Positions 51,206-61,354 are shown, counted from the stretch's first letter. The stretch is 64,000 bases of DNA from an uncultured Gammaproteobacteria bacterium (GCA_964518565.1 CAZFGX010000001.1:75046-139045), one strand, 5' to 3'. The notes: generated by a model from the sequence alone, not told the origin. Made by a program: numbers and translations.

Positions 51206-52396
51206 ATGTCAAAAGTCAAAATTTTTTTACTCGGATTGGGGGTTTTTCTTCTAGCTACAGGTGGTTCATATTTAGTCTTCAAAAAAACTAATACATCCTT
51301 ACCCATATCGTCTATTACTCCTACTACTACTGCCTCAAAAAATACCAAACGTCCGACTATTGACCCGTCTATTCCTCGAACTGAAGTTTGTCCATTAAAT
51401 GGCGCAATGTTTACTAAACAAGAAAAAGATATTTGGGATACTCGTCGACCGCTAGGAGTAATGATTGAAAACACCGTCGATGCCCGACCTCAGTCTGGAC
51501 TCTCTACAGCAGACATCGTATATGAAGCAGTTGCAGAGGGTGGTATCACTAGATTTATGGGTCTTTTTTATTGCAATGCTGCTATGGCTGGCAATATTAC
51601 ATTGGCACCAGTCCGTTCAGCACGAATTTATTTTGTAAATCTTATTTCAGAATATGATGGGTTATACAATCACGTAGGCGGAGCTGGCAACTGCGATGAT
51701 CCAAATGTAGACCCTCGAGCCAAAGCTTTGTGTACAATTCGTAAAAACAATATCAAAGACCTCGACCAATTTGGCCGTGCTGGAGATTTTAAAACCTGCC
51801 ACCGTTTGGCCAATCGCCTAGATCGTGAAGTGGCATATGAACATACAATGGCCTGTTTTCTTGAAGAACTCTATAATGCCGGCGCTAAGGCCGGTTGGAC
51901 CAATGTCGATGAAAAAGGCGTTGCTTGGAACAAAGGATTCGTTTCATGGAAATTCAAAACTGAATCGACAAAGATCTCCACTTCACCTGCCACAAATATC
52001 TCATATATGTTCTGGGAACATAATCGAGATTTTAACAAGAGTTTTGATACATCTTGGAAATACGACTCAGTTACCAACAGTTATTTACGTTCAAATGCTG
52101 GTACTCAATCTATCGATTTAAATACAAACGAGCCGCTTGCCTTCAAAAACCTGGTTATCGAATATGCCAAAGAAACCAATTTAGGTGATTTGGAGCATCA
52201 CATGCTTTATGACGTCATAGGTACCGGTAAAGCCCAATTCTTTATGGATGGCCAAGTTGTTGAAGGGACCTGGTCTAAAGCTAGTCGTACTGCTAGAACG
52301 CTGTATTTTGATAAATCTGGCAAAGAAATCAAGTTCAATCCTGGACCTATCTGGATTTCTATCATCCCATCTACAAATACTGTCACAATTCAGTAG
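51206..52396 (+). CDS. DUF3048 (YerB-like) membrane-anchored protein
   Basis: RPLGVMIEN, ARPQSGLSTADIVYEAVAEGGITR, PVRSAR. Start set at ATG 51206. Confidence 0.88.
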   Translation: MSKVKIFLLGLGVFLLATGGSYLVFKKTNTSLPISSITPTTTASKNTKRPTIDPSIPRTEVCPLNGAMFTKQEKDIWDTRRPLGVMIENTVDARPQSGLSTADIVYEAVAEGGITRFMGLFYCNAAMAGNITLAPVRSARIYFVNLISEYDGLYNHVGGAGNCDDPNVDPRAKALCTIRKNNIKDLDQFGRAGDFKTCHRLANRLDREVAYEHTMACFLEELYNAGAKAGWTNVDEKGVAWNKGFVSWKFKTESTKISTSPATNISYMFWEHNRDFNKSFDTSWKYDSVTNSYLRSNAGTQSIDLNTNEPLAFKNLVIEYAKETNLGDLEHHMLYDVIGTGKAQFFMDGQVVEGTWSKASRTARTLYFDKSGKEIKFNPGPIWISIIPSTNTVTIQ

Positions 52397-52460
52397 CTGA
52401 GTCTTTTAAGTACTCATTCCTCTTGGAATTTTCCTTCAATAGTGATATCTTCTTGGTGTA

Positions 52461-53039
52461 ATGCTCAAAGATTTGTTCATTTCCAAAACTCGAGTCAAAC
52501 TTTTAGAAAGCTTTTTAGCAGACCCTACCCAAATGTATCACGTCCGAGACCTGGTTAGAAAAACTGGAGATGAAATCAACGCAGTTCGTCGAGAATTAGC
52601 GCGTATGGAAGAAGTGGGTATGGTCAAAAAAGAACCTCGCGGCAACCGATTGTACTATTGGTTTAGAAAAGATTACGAATATTATTCCGATTTACTTAGC
52701 TTGGTAGCCAAGAGTACTGGCATAGGTGCTGCGTTATTAAAAAACAAAACCAAATTAGGTAAGGTGAGTCTAATAATGCTATCAGGTAAATTTGTCCGTC
52801 ATGTAACCAAAAAAAATCCAGATGAAGTAGATTTACTCATTGTTGGTGAAGTGGTCATGTCTGAACTGGGAAATTTAGTCAAAGCCGAAGAATCGCGTCG
52901 CAATGTCTCTATTAATTACACACCAATGACAGAAGATGAATTAAAATTTCGCAGATCGCGTCGAGACCCCTTTTTACAAAACCTTTTACTCAACTCTCGA
53001 GTTATGATACTGGGAGATGAAGTTGACCTAACGGGCTAA
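52461..53039 (+). CDS. Winged-helix protein with a degenerate nucleotidyltransferase-like domain
   Basis: LFISKTRVKLL...HVRDLVR...INAVRREL HTH, then LSGKF...VDLLIVG. Confidence 0.75.
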   Translation: MLKDLFISKTRVKLLESFLADPTQMYHVRDLVRKTGDEINAVRRELARMEEVGMVKKEPRGNRLYYWFRKDYEYYSDLLSLVAKSTGIGAALLKNKTKLGKVSLIMLSGKFVRHVTKKNPDEVDLLIVGEVVMSELGNLVKAEESRRNVSINYTPMTEDELKFRRSRRDPFLQNLLLNSRVMILGDEVDLTG

Positions 53040-53041
53040 CT

Positions 53042-53218
53042 ATGACACAAAAAATTCTCAAAAATGGCAATTCGCTCGCAGTCACTATTCCAGCAAAATT
53101 TGCTAAAATCCTAGGATTACAACCAGGCAGTGTAGTAAAAACTCAAGTTGATATGGCTACTGGTCAAGTCACTTATTCATTTTTAAGTGCCAGTCAAATG
53201 TCATTACTAAATAAATAA
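53042..53218 (+). CDS. AbrB/MazE/SpoVT-fold miniprotein (58 aa)
   Basis: Not in the ORF track. MTQKILKNGNSLAVTIPAKFAKILGLQPGSVVKTQVDMATGQVTYSFLSASQMSLLNK. Confidence 0.85.
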   Translation: MTQKILKNGNSLAVTIPAKFAKILGLQPGSVVKTQVDMATGQVTYSFLSASQMSLLNK

Positions 53219-53223
53219 TTATT

Positions 53224-54513
53224 ATGCGAAACAGTATTTTTATTTTTTTTCTTATCAGTCTATGTCTACTAGTATTAATGCCCAAGACGCTCACACTCGG
53301 ATCAAAAACCTTTTATCGTCCCAAAATAGACCTCACTTTTTTTAATGCCAAAATAGTTCGCGATTTAGATTTTAAGCTAGGTCTAGACCTCCAAGGCGGT
53401 AGCCATTTAGTCTATGAAGCCAATATGACCAATATTCCTGACGACCAAAAACAAGCGGCAATTTCAGCAACCAAAGATAACATAAATCGTCGTATCAATT
53501 CGCTTGGTGTGTCGGAGCCTATTATTCAAACTTCTCAGTCAGGCTCTTCTTATCGACTCATAGTCGAGCTTCCTGGAATAAAGGATGTACAGTCTGCCTT
53601 GAATACTATTGGTCAGACCGCTGAACTCAACTTTGTCGAAGTTGTTAGTACCTCACCTGGTACACCAGAGTTATTCAAACCTACAGATTTAACGGGTAAA
53701 GATCTTAAAAATGCTTCGGTGCAGTTTAATGGTGCCAATCAATCCTCGGGTCAGCCTGTAGTTTCGATCGAATTTACCCCAGAAGGAGCACAAAAATTTG
53801 CGGATATCACCAAAAGAAATATTGGCAAACCCCTAGCAATATTCCTAGACAACACCCCAGTTACTGCTCCCACTGTTCAAGACGTTATCTCAGACGGTCG
53901 TGCAGTTATTTCAGGAAATTTCACAATAGATGATGCCAAACGTTTGGCCATCCAGCTTAACGCCGGTGCATTACCAGTACCAATAAAAATTCTCGAACAA
54001 AAATCTGTTGGAGCTACCCTTGGTTCAGAATCAGTCACAAAAAGCTTGTTTGCCGGTCTGGTCGGCCTGGTTCTCATTTGGTTGTTTATGATTGCCAATT
54101 ATGGACTCAAGGGCTTATTGGCCAATATTGCCTTGACAATATATGTGCTCATTTCCCTGGCATTGTTTAAACTCATCCCAATAACCTTAACCCTAGCAGG
54201 TATTGCTGGATTTGTTTTGTCAGTGGGTATGGCAGTAGATGCAAATATTCTAATCTTTGAACGTATAAAAGAAGAACTTCGTTGGGGTCGTCCCATGCGA
54301 GCTGCAATTGAGCTAGGTTTTCATCGTGCTTGGACGTCCGTTCGTGATAGCAATATGAGTTCGCTGATGACTGCTGGAATTTTATTCTGGTTTGGTACTG
54401 GATCAATTCGCGGGTTTGCACTGACTTTAATCGTTGGTATTCTTGTATCACTGTTCACTTCAATCACTATTACACGTTCACTTGTTCGTCGTATTTATCA
54501 ACCAAAAAATTAA
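53224..54513 (+). CDS. secD: Protein translocase subunit SecD
   Basis: LGLDLQGG, LNAGALP, GMAVDANILIFERIKEE. Confidence 0.96.
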   Translation: MRNSIFIFFLISLCLLVLMPKTLTLGSKTFYRPKIDLTFFNAKIVRDLDFKLGLDLQGGSHLVYEANMTNIPDDQKQAAISATKDNINRRINSLGVSEPIIQTSQSGSSYRLIVELPGIKDVQSALNTIGQTAELNFVEVVSTSPGTPELFKPTDLTGKDLKNASVQFNGANQSSGQPVVSIEFTPEGAQKFADITKRNIGKPLAIFLDNTPVTAPTVQDVISDGRAVISGNFTIDDAKRLAIQLNAGALPVPIKILEQKSVGATLGSESVTKSLFAGLVGLVLIWLFMIANYGLKGLLANIALTIYVLISLALFKLIPITLTLAGIAGFVLSVGMAVDANILIFERIKEELRWGRPMRAAIELGFHRAWTSVRDSNMSSLMTAGILFWFGTGSIRGFALTLIVGILVSLFTSITITRSLVRRIYQPKN

Positions 54514-54514
54514 T

Positions 54515-55393
54515 ATGAAATTCATGTCTCACGTCAAAATTTATTTTCTGATATCTTTGTTAATTTTAATTCCTGGAATTGTTTCTTTGATCCATTATGG
54601 TTTGCGCTTCTCAATCGATTTTACCGGTGGTACATTATTAGAAATTCAGACCAAGAGTCCTGTCTCTGCAGATCAAGTTAAGTCTATCGCTCAAAAAAAT
54701 GATGTAGAAATATCATCTATTAGTAATGTCTCAGACAATATTCTGCTCATTCGAGCCAAGCCCATATCTCAAGAAAAAAATACTCAATTAAAGTCCGCAT
54801 TGACCCAAGAAATTGGAGAAATATCTGAACGCCGCTTTGAAACAGTTGGTCCTGTCATTGGTGCAGAACTCACTCGAAAAGCAATTACCGCCGTTATCGT
54901 TGCTGCTCTAGCAATTATTGCCTATTTAGCATGGTCATTTAAAGCCATACCCAAGCCATATTCATCTTGGAAGTTTGGTGTCTCAGCTGTTGTTGCCCTA
55001 TTGCACGACGCCCTAGTGGTGTTAGGAATTTTTTCCTTATTAGGTCACTATTATCATGTAGAAATCGACGCCTTATTTGTGACAGCTATCTTGACGGTGA
55101 TTGGCTTTTCTGTCCATGACACGATTGTCGTCTTTGACCGCATCCGCGAAAACGTAATAAAAATGCATCATGCTAGTTTCTATGAAGTCGTAGATTTTTC
55201 CTTAGCAGAAACCTTAAACCGTTCACTCAACACTTCTCTTACTGTCATACTTACTCTATCTGCGCTGTTATTTTTTGGTGGCGAGTCAATTCGTTGGTTT
55301 GTCGTTGCGCTGCTTATCGGCATCATTTCTGGTACCTATAGCAGTATTTTCAATGCAGCTCCAATTCTGGCCATTTGGGAAGAAAAAAAATAA
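54515..55393 (+). CDS. secF: Protein translocase subunit SecF
   Basis: SIDFTGGT, IGFSVHDTIVVFDRIRE, GTYSSIF. Start set at ATG 54515. Confidence 0.96.
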   Translation: MKFMSHVKIYFLISLLILIPGIVSLIHYGLRFSIDFTGGTLLEIQTKSPVSADQVKSIAQKNDVEISSISNVSDNILLIRAKPISQEKNTQLKSALTQEIGEISERRFETVGPVIGAELTRKAITAVIVAALAIIAYLAWSFKAIPKPYSSWKFGVSAVVALLHDALVVLGIFSLLGHYYHVEIDALFVTAILTVIGFSVHDTIVVFDRIRENVIKMHHASFYEVVDFSLAETLNRSLNTSLTVILTLSALLFFGGESIRWFVVALLIGIISGTYSSIFNAAPILAIWEEKK

Positions 55394-56749
55394 CTACAAG
55401 CTCAATTGTTGTAGCCGTCCAAGCAATTGCTCTCGTTCATTAATCAATTTTTGTTCCACGATCTCATCAAATAAAAGTTGTAAATATTTTCCTACCAGTA
55501 CTCCACCAGAAATATTTTTTTCTTTCATCACATCAAAACCATTAATTCGCAAATCTCTAATCTGGAATGGTTGTTTTTGTACATCCAGTAATCTTTTTTT
55601 AAATTCCTCCAATCGCCAGCTTGTTTCTTGCGCTCCTCCTCCCAACCGGTCTCCTGTTCTGAGAGCTAACATGTCAGGGACATATTCCAAACCTACATTT
55701 CGAATAAATCGCCGAATAGCGTTGTCTGTTTGTCTTTCGTCCACCGTAAACTGGTGCCAACGAACTAGTCGAACAAATTTTTCCTTATCTGCTTTTGAAA
55801 ATCTCAATCGATCGGCAATTCGCTCAGCAATTTTTGCACTCTCCATTTCATGGTTGTAAAACGTAATCCTACCGTCTGGATACATCCGCTGTGTTCGTAC
55901 TTTGCCTACATCATGTATCAATGTCGCAAACCTCGTCACTGGATCAGCGCTGGTACAATGTCTCAACGACTCCACGCTATGGGTGCCTACATCATAAATA
56001 TGATGCCTACCGGGGCTTTTTTGCTCTACTCCAAATGTTTGTTCCATTTCGGGTAATATATATCTTCCAAGTGCTGTATTTCTCAGTAGCATATATCCAT
56101 CGGCTGGCCATGGGCTACTAAAAATTTTAAACAATTCATCGTGGATTCGTTCCCAAGCAATAGCCGATATGTGTTCAGCATTTCGGACAATCGCCATAAA
56201 TGTTTCTTCCTCAATAGCAAACTGTAGTTGGCTCGCAAATCTGACAGCCCGTAACATGCGCAATGCATCTTCACCAAATCGTTCATCAGCATTTCGTACC
56301 GTACGAATCAACCTGTGTTTCAGGTCTTGTTGACCGCCAAATAAATCAATAAGTTCAAATTGATCATATTGAATTTGTTTCAATGCCATTGCATTGATAG
56401 TAAAATCTCTGCGACCCAGATCCTCTTCGAGTGTTTTACCCCAAATGACACGATCGGGATGTCGTCCGTCTGAATAGCCTTGTTCGGTTCGAAATGTAGT
56501 CACTTCATATGGCTTCTCCGCAGTTTTTACACCTACAGTTCCAAAGGAATTGTCATAAAAACTATCAGGTAAAAATTTCAACATTTCTTCAGGTGTAGCA
56601 TCTGTAGCAAAGTCCCAATCCGATCTCCCTCTATCTAGTAAAATATCACGTACAATTCCACCTACGATATACAACTGAAAACCCTGCCTTTCAAACAACG
56701 AAAAAAGTTGCTGAACGTGATCTGGTAGACTTAAAGATATTCGTGACAC
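55394..56749 (-). CDS. cca: CCA tRNA nucleotidyltransferase with HD domain
   Basis: VGGIVRD, DWDFAT, RRDFTINAMA, EDALRMLRAVRF, LIHDVGK. Confidence 0.92.
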   Translation of the reverse strand: MSRISLSLPDHVQQLFSLFERQGFQLYIVGGIVRDILLDRGRSDWDFATDATPEEMLKFLPDSFYDNSFGTVGVKTAEKPYEVTTFRTEQGYSDGRHPDRVIWGKTLEEDLGRRDFTINAMALKQIQYDQFELIDLFGGQQDLKHRLIRTVRNADERFGEDALRMLRAVRFASQLQFAIEEETFMAIVRNAEHISAIAWERIHDELFKIFSSPWPADGYMLLRNTALGRYILPEMEQTFGVEQKSPGRHHIYDVGTHSVESLRHCTSADPVTRFATLIHDVGKVRTQRMYPDGRITFYNHEMESAKIAERIADRLRFSKADKEKFVRLVRWHQFTVDERQTDNAIRRFIRNVGLEYVPDMLALRTGDRLGGGAQETSWRLEEFKKRLLDVQKQPFQIRDLRINGFDVMKEKNISGGVLVGKYLQLLFDEIVEQKLINEREQLLGRLQQLSL

Positions 56750-56769
56750 AAACTAAGTATAACTGATAT

Positions 56770-58299
56770 ATGACGACAGAAGAAATCATCCAAACTATAT
56801 TAAAAAATCGTGGCCTTGTAACATTAGAAGACCAAAATACATTCTTCAGCCCCATCCATCCAGAAAAAATACCTCCTCTTTTTGAATCAGAACCGGCAAT
56901 TCAATTAATTAAACATCATATACAACAAAAAAATAGCATCGCTATTTATGGAGACTATGATGTTGATGGGGTCAGTTCCACGGCAATTTTATGGGAAACG
57001 ATATATAAATATACACATCTAGTATTTCCACATATACCTCATCGAAAAGAAGAGGGGTATGGACTATCGCAAAGAGGAATTGATAAGTGTTTAGAACAAA
57101 ATGCCAAGTTAATTATCACAATAGACAACGGCATAGTAGCTAACCAACAAGTCCAATATGCCCGAGACCAGGGATGCGATGTGATAATTATTGATCACCA
57201 TGAAGCCTCAAGTCAGTTACCAAATGCCAATGTCATACTACACAGCACACAAACGTGTGCCAGTGTCCTGGCCTGGCTATTTGTCAGGGATTTTCTCGGC
57301 CACTCAAATATGGAGCTACTTGGCCTGGCTGCATTAGGAGTTATTTGTGACATGATACCGTTGTTGGGTTTGAACCGCAGCGTTGCCTTGTTTGGTCTAA
57401 ACCAATTACGTCGTACAAATAGACCGGGTTTATTGGCTCTATATCACGAGGCTGGATTTACCGCAGACACAATTGACACGTACAAGGTTGGTTTTCTTAT
57501 TGGCCCTCGGCTCAATGCAATGGGTCGACTCGAACACGCACTCGATAGTTTACGTTTGTTGTGTATCAAAGACCCACAAAAAGCCAGTCAGTTAGCCCAA
57601 ATGCTCGGCGAAACCAACCGTAGTCGCCAGGAGCTTACGCAGCAGGCAGTTAATCACGCGTTAACAAATATCTCGGTTTCAAATGTTATTGTTACGGCAG
57701 ATTCTTCCTACGAAGAGGGGATCATCGGTTTGATTGCTTCAAAGCTGGTCGAAAAATATTATCGCCCCGTGTTAGCCATTAGCATTGGATCTGAAATTAG
57801 CAAAGGCTCAGCTCGTTCAATAGCAGGATTTGATATCACAAACCATTTGCGACAACATTCTCACTTATTGACTGCTGTAGGAGGTCATCAAATGGCAGCT
57901 GGGTTTAGTCTACACACCAAGGATTTACCAGAATTTATCTCATCAGTTTCTAACGCTAATATTCCTGAAGAATTGTTAACAAAAAAACAGCGAATTGATT
58001 GCCAAATTCCTACATCGGCAATAAATAATCAATTATGGTTTGAATTACAAAAATTTGCCCCTTTTGGGCTAGGTAACCCTCAACCTGTCTTCAGTTCTCA
58101 AATAATCAATGTTAAAAATCTGCGCAAAATTGGTCAACAACAAAACCATCTCAAAATGACCATCGATTCCCTCGACGCCATCTGGTTCAATTTTACAGAC
58201 GCCAATATTGACTCAAAAAACAAACTTATCTACAGCCTCTCCCAAAATACATTTAACCAAAAAACAACACTCCAATTACTCATAAAAGATCTGCAGTAA
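56770..58299 (+). CDS. recJ: ssDNA exonuclease RecJ
   Basis: YGDYDVDG, IDNG, IDHH, PRLNAMGR, GGHQMAAG. Confidence 0.95.
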   Translation: MTTEEIIQTILKNRGLVTLEDQNTFFSPIHPEKIPPLFESEPAIQLIKHHIQQKNSIAIYGDYDVDGVSSTAILWETIYKYTHLVFPHIPHRKEEGYGLSQRGIDKCLEQNAKLIITIDNGIVANQQVQYARDQGCDVIIIDHHEASSQLPNANVILHSTQTCASVLAWLFVRDFLGHSNMELLGLAALGVICDMIPLLGLNRSVALFGLNQLRRTNRPGLLALYHEAGFTADTIDTYKVGFLIGPRLNAMGRLEHALDSLRLLCIKDPQKASQLAQMLGETNRSRQELTQQAVNHALTNISVSNVIVTADSSYEEGIIGLIASKLVEKYYRPVLAISIGSEISKGSARSIAGFDITNHLRQHSHLLTAVGGHQMAAGFSLHTKDLPEFISSVSNANIPEELLTKKQRIDCQIPTSAINNQLWFELQKFAPFGLGNPQPVFSSQIINVKNLRKIGQQQNHLKMTIDSLDAIWFNFTDANIDSKNKLIYSLSQNTFNQKTTLQLLIKDLQ

Positions 58300-58318
58300 C
58301 AAAGTGCTATAATTAGCT

Positions 58319-59830
58319 ATGACAGACCCAAAAAAAGAGCTAATTGTAGCCATAAAATCCACAAATACACCTCATGATATAGAGAAAATATCTCAAGCTT
58401 GGGAATTTGCCAACCTGGCCCACAGTGGCCAACTTCGTAAATCTGGCGAACCTTTTATTAATCACCCGACTGAAACCGCCAAAATATTAGTCAGTTGGGG
58501 ACTTGACGACAGCAGCATTATTGGTGGAATTTTGCACGACACGATCGAAGATGGGGGAGCCACTCGTGATGATATAGTTAGTCAATTTGGCGAAGAAATT
58601 GCCCTGCTCGTCGATGGAGTGACCAAAATTAGTGATATTCGTCTAAAAGGCAGTGCTCAGGATTTATTTGTCGAAAACTTACGCAAAATGTTACTTGTGA
58701 TGGCTAAAGATGTTCGAGTGGTACTTATTAAACTCGCAGATCGTTTACACAATATGCGCACAATCAAAATTTTGCCCCCTGAAAAGCGAAAGCGCATTGC
58801 AAATGAAACCATAGACATTTATGCGGCCTTAGCTGACCGTCTTGGAATGAGCGAAATTGCTGGTGAAATGGACGATCTGAGTTTTCCTCATGCTCACCCT
58901 GAAGAATACGATCAGTTGGTCGAAAAAACAGACCAATTTTACAAAGACGCGGATCGCCAAGTCCAAAAAATGAAAACAGAATTAATGGAAAGCTTAAAAA
59001 CTGATTTACCCGATGCCAAAATTTCGGTCCGTGAAAAACATATGTATTCTCTTTACAAAAAACTCCAACGTCCAGAAATAGCTGGAGATCTCGGTCGTAT
59101 CCATGATTTAGTTGCTGCTCGTATTATTACTCAGACAGTCGCCGAGTGTTATATTGCCTTAGGCATAGTTCATGGTCAGTATCGACCAGTTCCATATCTT
59201 GGTGTATCAGATTACATTGCTACACCCAAACCCAACGGATATCAAAGTATCCATACAAAAGTCTTTGGTCCGGACGGTCAAATTGTCGAAATCCAAATAC
59301 GCACATATGATATGCATGAACAAGCCGAAAAAGGCGTGGCCGCCCACTGGCACTATGCTGAAGCCAAATCAAAAAAAGGTGCCTCAAGTGAACAACTAGA
59401 AAAAGGCCTAATCGCCGCCCCAGAAGAAAAACTTTCCTGGGTAAGACAATTAATGTCTTGGCAAAAAGAAATCGCCGACAATAAAGAATATCTAAACACT
59501 CTTAAAATTGACGCCTTTCAAAATCGAATTATGGTTTTTTCACCACTAGGCGATGTCTATGATCTGCCTCGCGGAGCAACACCAGTAGACTATGCTTATG
59601 CTGTTCATACCCAGCTCGGCCATCAAGCAGTCGGTGCCAAAGTAAACACAAAACTTGTATCTTTGAGTCACAAGCTAAACAATGGCGATGTGGTCGAAAT
59701 TGTCATCGACGAAAAACGTGGCAAACCAAATCGGGACTGGCTAGATTTCGTGGCGACCCATACAGCAAAATCCCAAATCGCCAAATCATTACGTACAAAT
59801 ACAGATACAAAGGTGTATAATTCAAAGTAA
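58319..59830 (+). CDS. rel: RelA/SpoT (p)ppGpp synthetase/hydrolase, truncated after TGS
   Basis: LHDTIED hydrolase, KLADRLHNMRT, PKPNGYQSIHT, EIQIRT, TGS. No C-terminal ZFD or ACT domain. Confidence 0.93.
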   Translation: MTDPKKELIVAIKSTNTPHDIEKISQAWEFANLAHSGQLRKSGEPFINHPTETAKILVSWGLDDSSIIGGILHDTIEDGGATRDDIVSQFGEEIALLVDGVTKISDIRLKGSAQDLFVENLRKMLLVMAKDVRVVLIKLADRLHNMRTIKILPPEKRKRIANETIDIYAALADRLGMSEIAGEMDDLSFPHAHPEEYDQLVEKTDQFYKDADRQVQKMKTELMESLKTDLPDAKISVREKHMYSLYKKLQRPEIAGDLGRIHDLVAARIITQTVAECYIALGIVHGQYRPVPYLGVSDYIATPKPNGYQSIHTKVFGPDGQIVEIQIRTYDMHEQAEKGVAAHWHYAEAKSKKGASSEQLEKGLIAAPEEKLSWVRQLMSWQKEIADNKEYLNTLKIDAFQNRIMVFSPLGDVYDLPRGATPVDYAYAVHTQLGHQAVGAKVNTKLVSLSHKLNNGDVVEIVIDEKRGKPNRDWLDFVATHTAKSQIAKSLRTNTDTKVYNSK

Positions 59831-59956
59831 TCTATTTGTTACGACATGAGTTTGCTGACAACAAGCCAGTAGCAACGGAAGTTGACCGATTCAACCAAAT
59901 TAAGACCCTTGTGAGCTGGCACATGAAAGCGCACAAATATAGGGTCTTTTTATTTT
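59816..59956 (+). promoter_or_regulatory. aspS promoter and structured leader (candidate cis-regulatory RNA)
   Basis: TATAAT at 59816-59821, three hairpins, the last one AAGACCCT...AGGGTCTT followed by a T-rich tract just before the ATG. Confidence 0.5.
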
Positions 59957-61354
59957 ATGAACCGCACACTCATCAAAGAAACTATTCACAATATTGGCAA
60001 TCAACTGACCTTATATGGCTGGGTGGATACAAAGCGTGACCATGGAAAAATTACCTTCATTGATTTGCGTGATTACACTGGCAAGGTTCAGTGTGTCGGA
60101 TATCAAAAAATGCAGGAGCTGTCCACTGAGTCAGTAATAAAAATTACTGGTTTAGTCAAAAAACGTCCAGATAATATGATAAATCCCAACTTAGAAACTG
60201 GCACAGTAGAAATTGATGTACAAGAATATGAAATTCTCAACAAAGCCAAAGAATTACCAATTCAAGTTGCGGGTGATGGAAAAGACATAAGCGAAGAACC
60301 CAGGCTACGTTATCGTTATTTAGATCTCCGACGAGAACGTATGCAAAAAATAATGCGCATGCGTTCTGATTTTGTTCGAAGTATTCGTGACTCTTTATAT
60401 ACAAAAAACTTTGTTGAGGTAGAGACGCCCATTCTTACAAAATCCACAAAAGAAGGTTCACGTGATTTTCTGGTTCCTTCTCGATTCCAGCCTGGGAAAT
60501 TCTATGCCTTGCCTCAGAGCCCTCAGCAATACAAACAACTTTTAATGACTGCAGGCATAGAACGGTATTTTCAAATTGCTAAATGTGTTCGAGATGAGGA
60601 TTTGCGTGCAGATCGTGGATTTGAATTTACCCAACTTGATTTAGAAATGAGCTTTGTCACTCAACGTGAAGAAGTTATGTCCACAGTTGAATCTGTAGTC
60701 AAACAAGCAGTTTCCAATGTGGGTGGAAAAATGCGCTCAGGAGATTTTCCGGTCATCAGTTACCAAGATGCAATCCAAAAATACGGTGCAGACAAGTTTG
60801 ATGTTCGTACAGAAGAAGAAAAAAAGCAAAACATATTAGCCTTCACTTGGGTGATAGATTTTCCCTTCTTCAAAAAAGTGGATAAATCAGATATCGCTGA
60901 AGTTCGCGACGGAAAAAGTGGTTGGACATTTACTCACAACCCTTTCAGTCGACCGATTGATGCTCACAAAGACTGGCATATGAAAGCAGAAAATATTGAT
61001 CAAATTATTACCGCCCAATACGACTTAGTGTGTAATGGATTTGAAGTGGGAGGAGGAAGTATACGAGCACATGAACCTGAACTATTGAAAGCAACTATGA
61101 AAATAATGGGGTATATAGATAACGAAATTGAAGAAAGTATTGGTCATATGTTAGAAGCTTTTGAACTGGGTACCCCTCCACATGGAGGAATCGCATTGGG
61201 CATAGATAGACTTGTAATGTTGTTGGCTAATGAAGTGTCTCTAAAAGAAGCAATTGCTTTCCCTATGACATCTACTGGTCGAACGTCTGTCATGGACGCT
61301 CCCTCCACTGTCACTTCGGATCAGTTAAAAGAGTTAGGGCTTAAACTTAGTTAG
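59957..61354 (+). CDS. aspS: Aspartate--tRNA ligase (bacterial type without GAD domain, possibly non-discriminating)
   Basis: RDHGKITFIDLRD, RLRYRYLDLRR, LPQSPQQYKQLLM, PPHGGIALGIDR. Only 465 aa. Confidence 0.94.
   Translation: MNRTLIKETIHNIGNQLTLYGWVDTKRDHGKITFIDLRDYTGKVQCVGYQKMQELSTESVIKITGLVKKRPDNMINPNLETGTVEIDVQEYEILNKAKELPIQVAGDGKDISEEPRLRYRYLDLRRERMQKIMRMRSDFVRSIRDSLYTKNFVEVETPILTKSTKEGSRDFLVPSRFQPGKFYALPQSPQQYKQLLMTAGIERYFQIAKCVRDEDLRADRGFEFTQLDLEMSFVTQREEVMSTVESVVKQAVSNVGGKMRSGDFPVISYQDAIQKYGADKFDVRTEEEKKQNILAFTWVIDFPFFKKVDKSDIAEVRDGKSGWTFTHNPFSRPIDAHKDWHMKAENIDQIITAQYDLVCNGFEVGGGSIRAHEPELLKATMKIMGYIDNEIEESIGHMLEAFELGTPPHGGIALGIDRLVMLLANEVSLKEAIAFPMTSTGRTSVMDAPSTVTSDQLKELGLKLS

Noticed and set aside
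59836-60039. 67 aa ORF and the 8-codon uORF MSLLTTSQ as an attenuator peptide for aspS
   Set aside because: No run of Asp or Asn codons and no evidence of translation. An RNA-structure explanation fits better.
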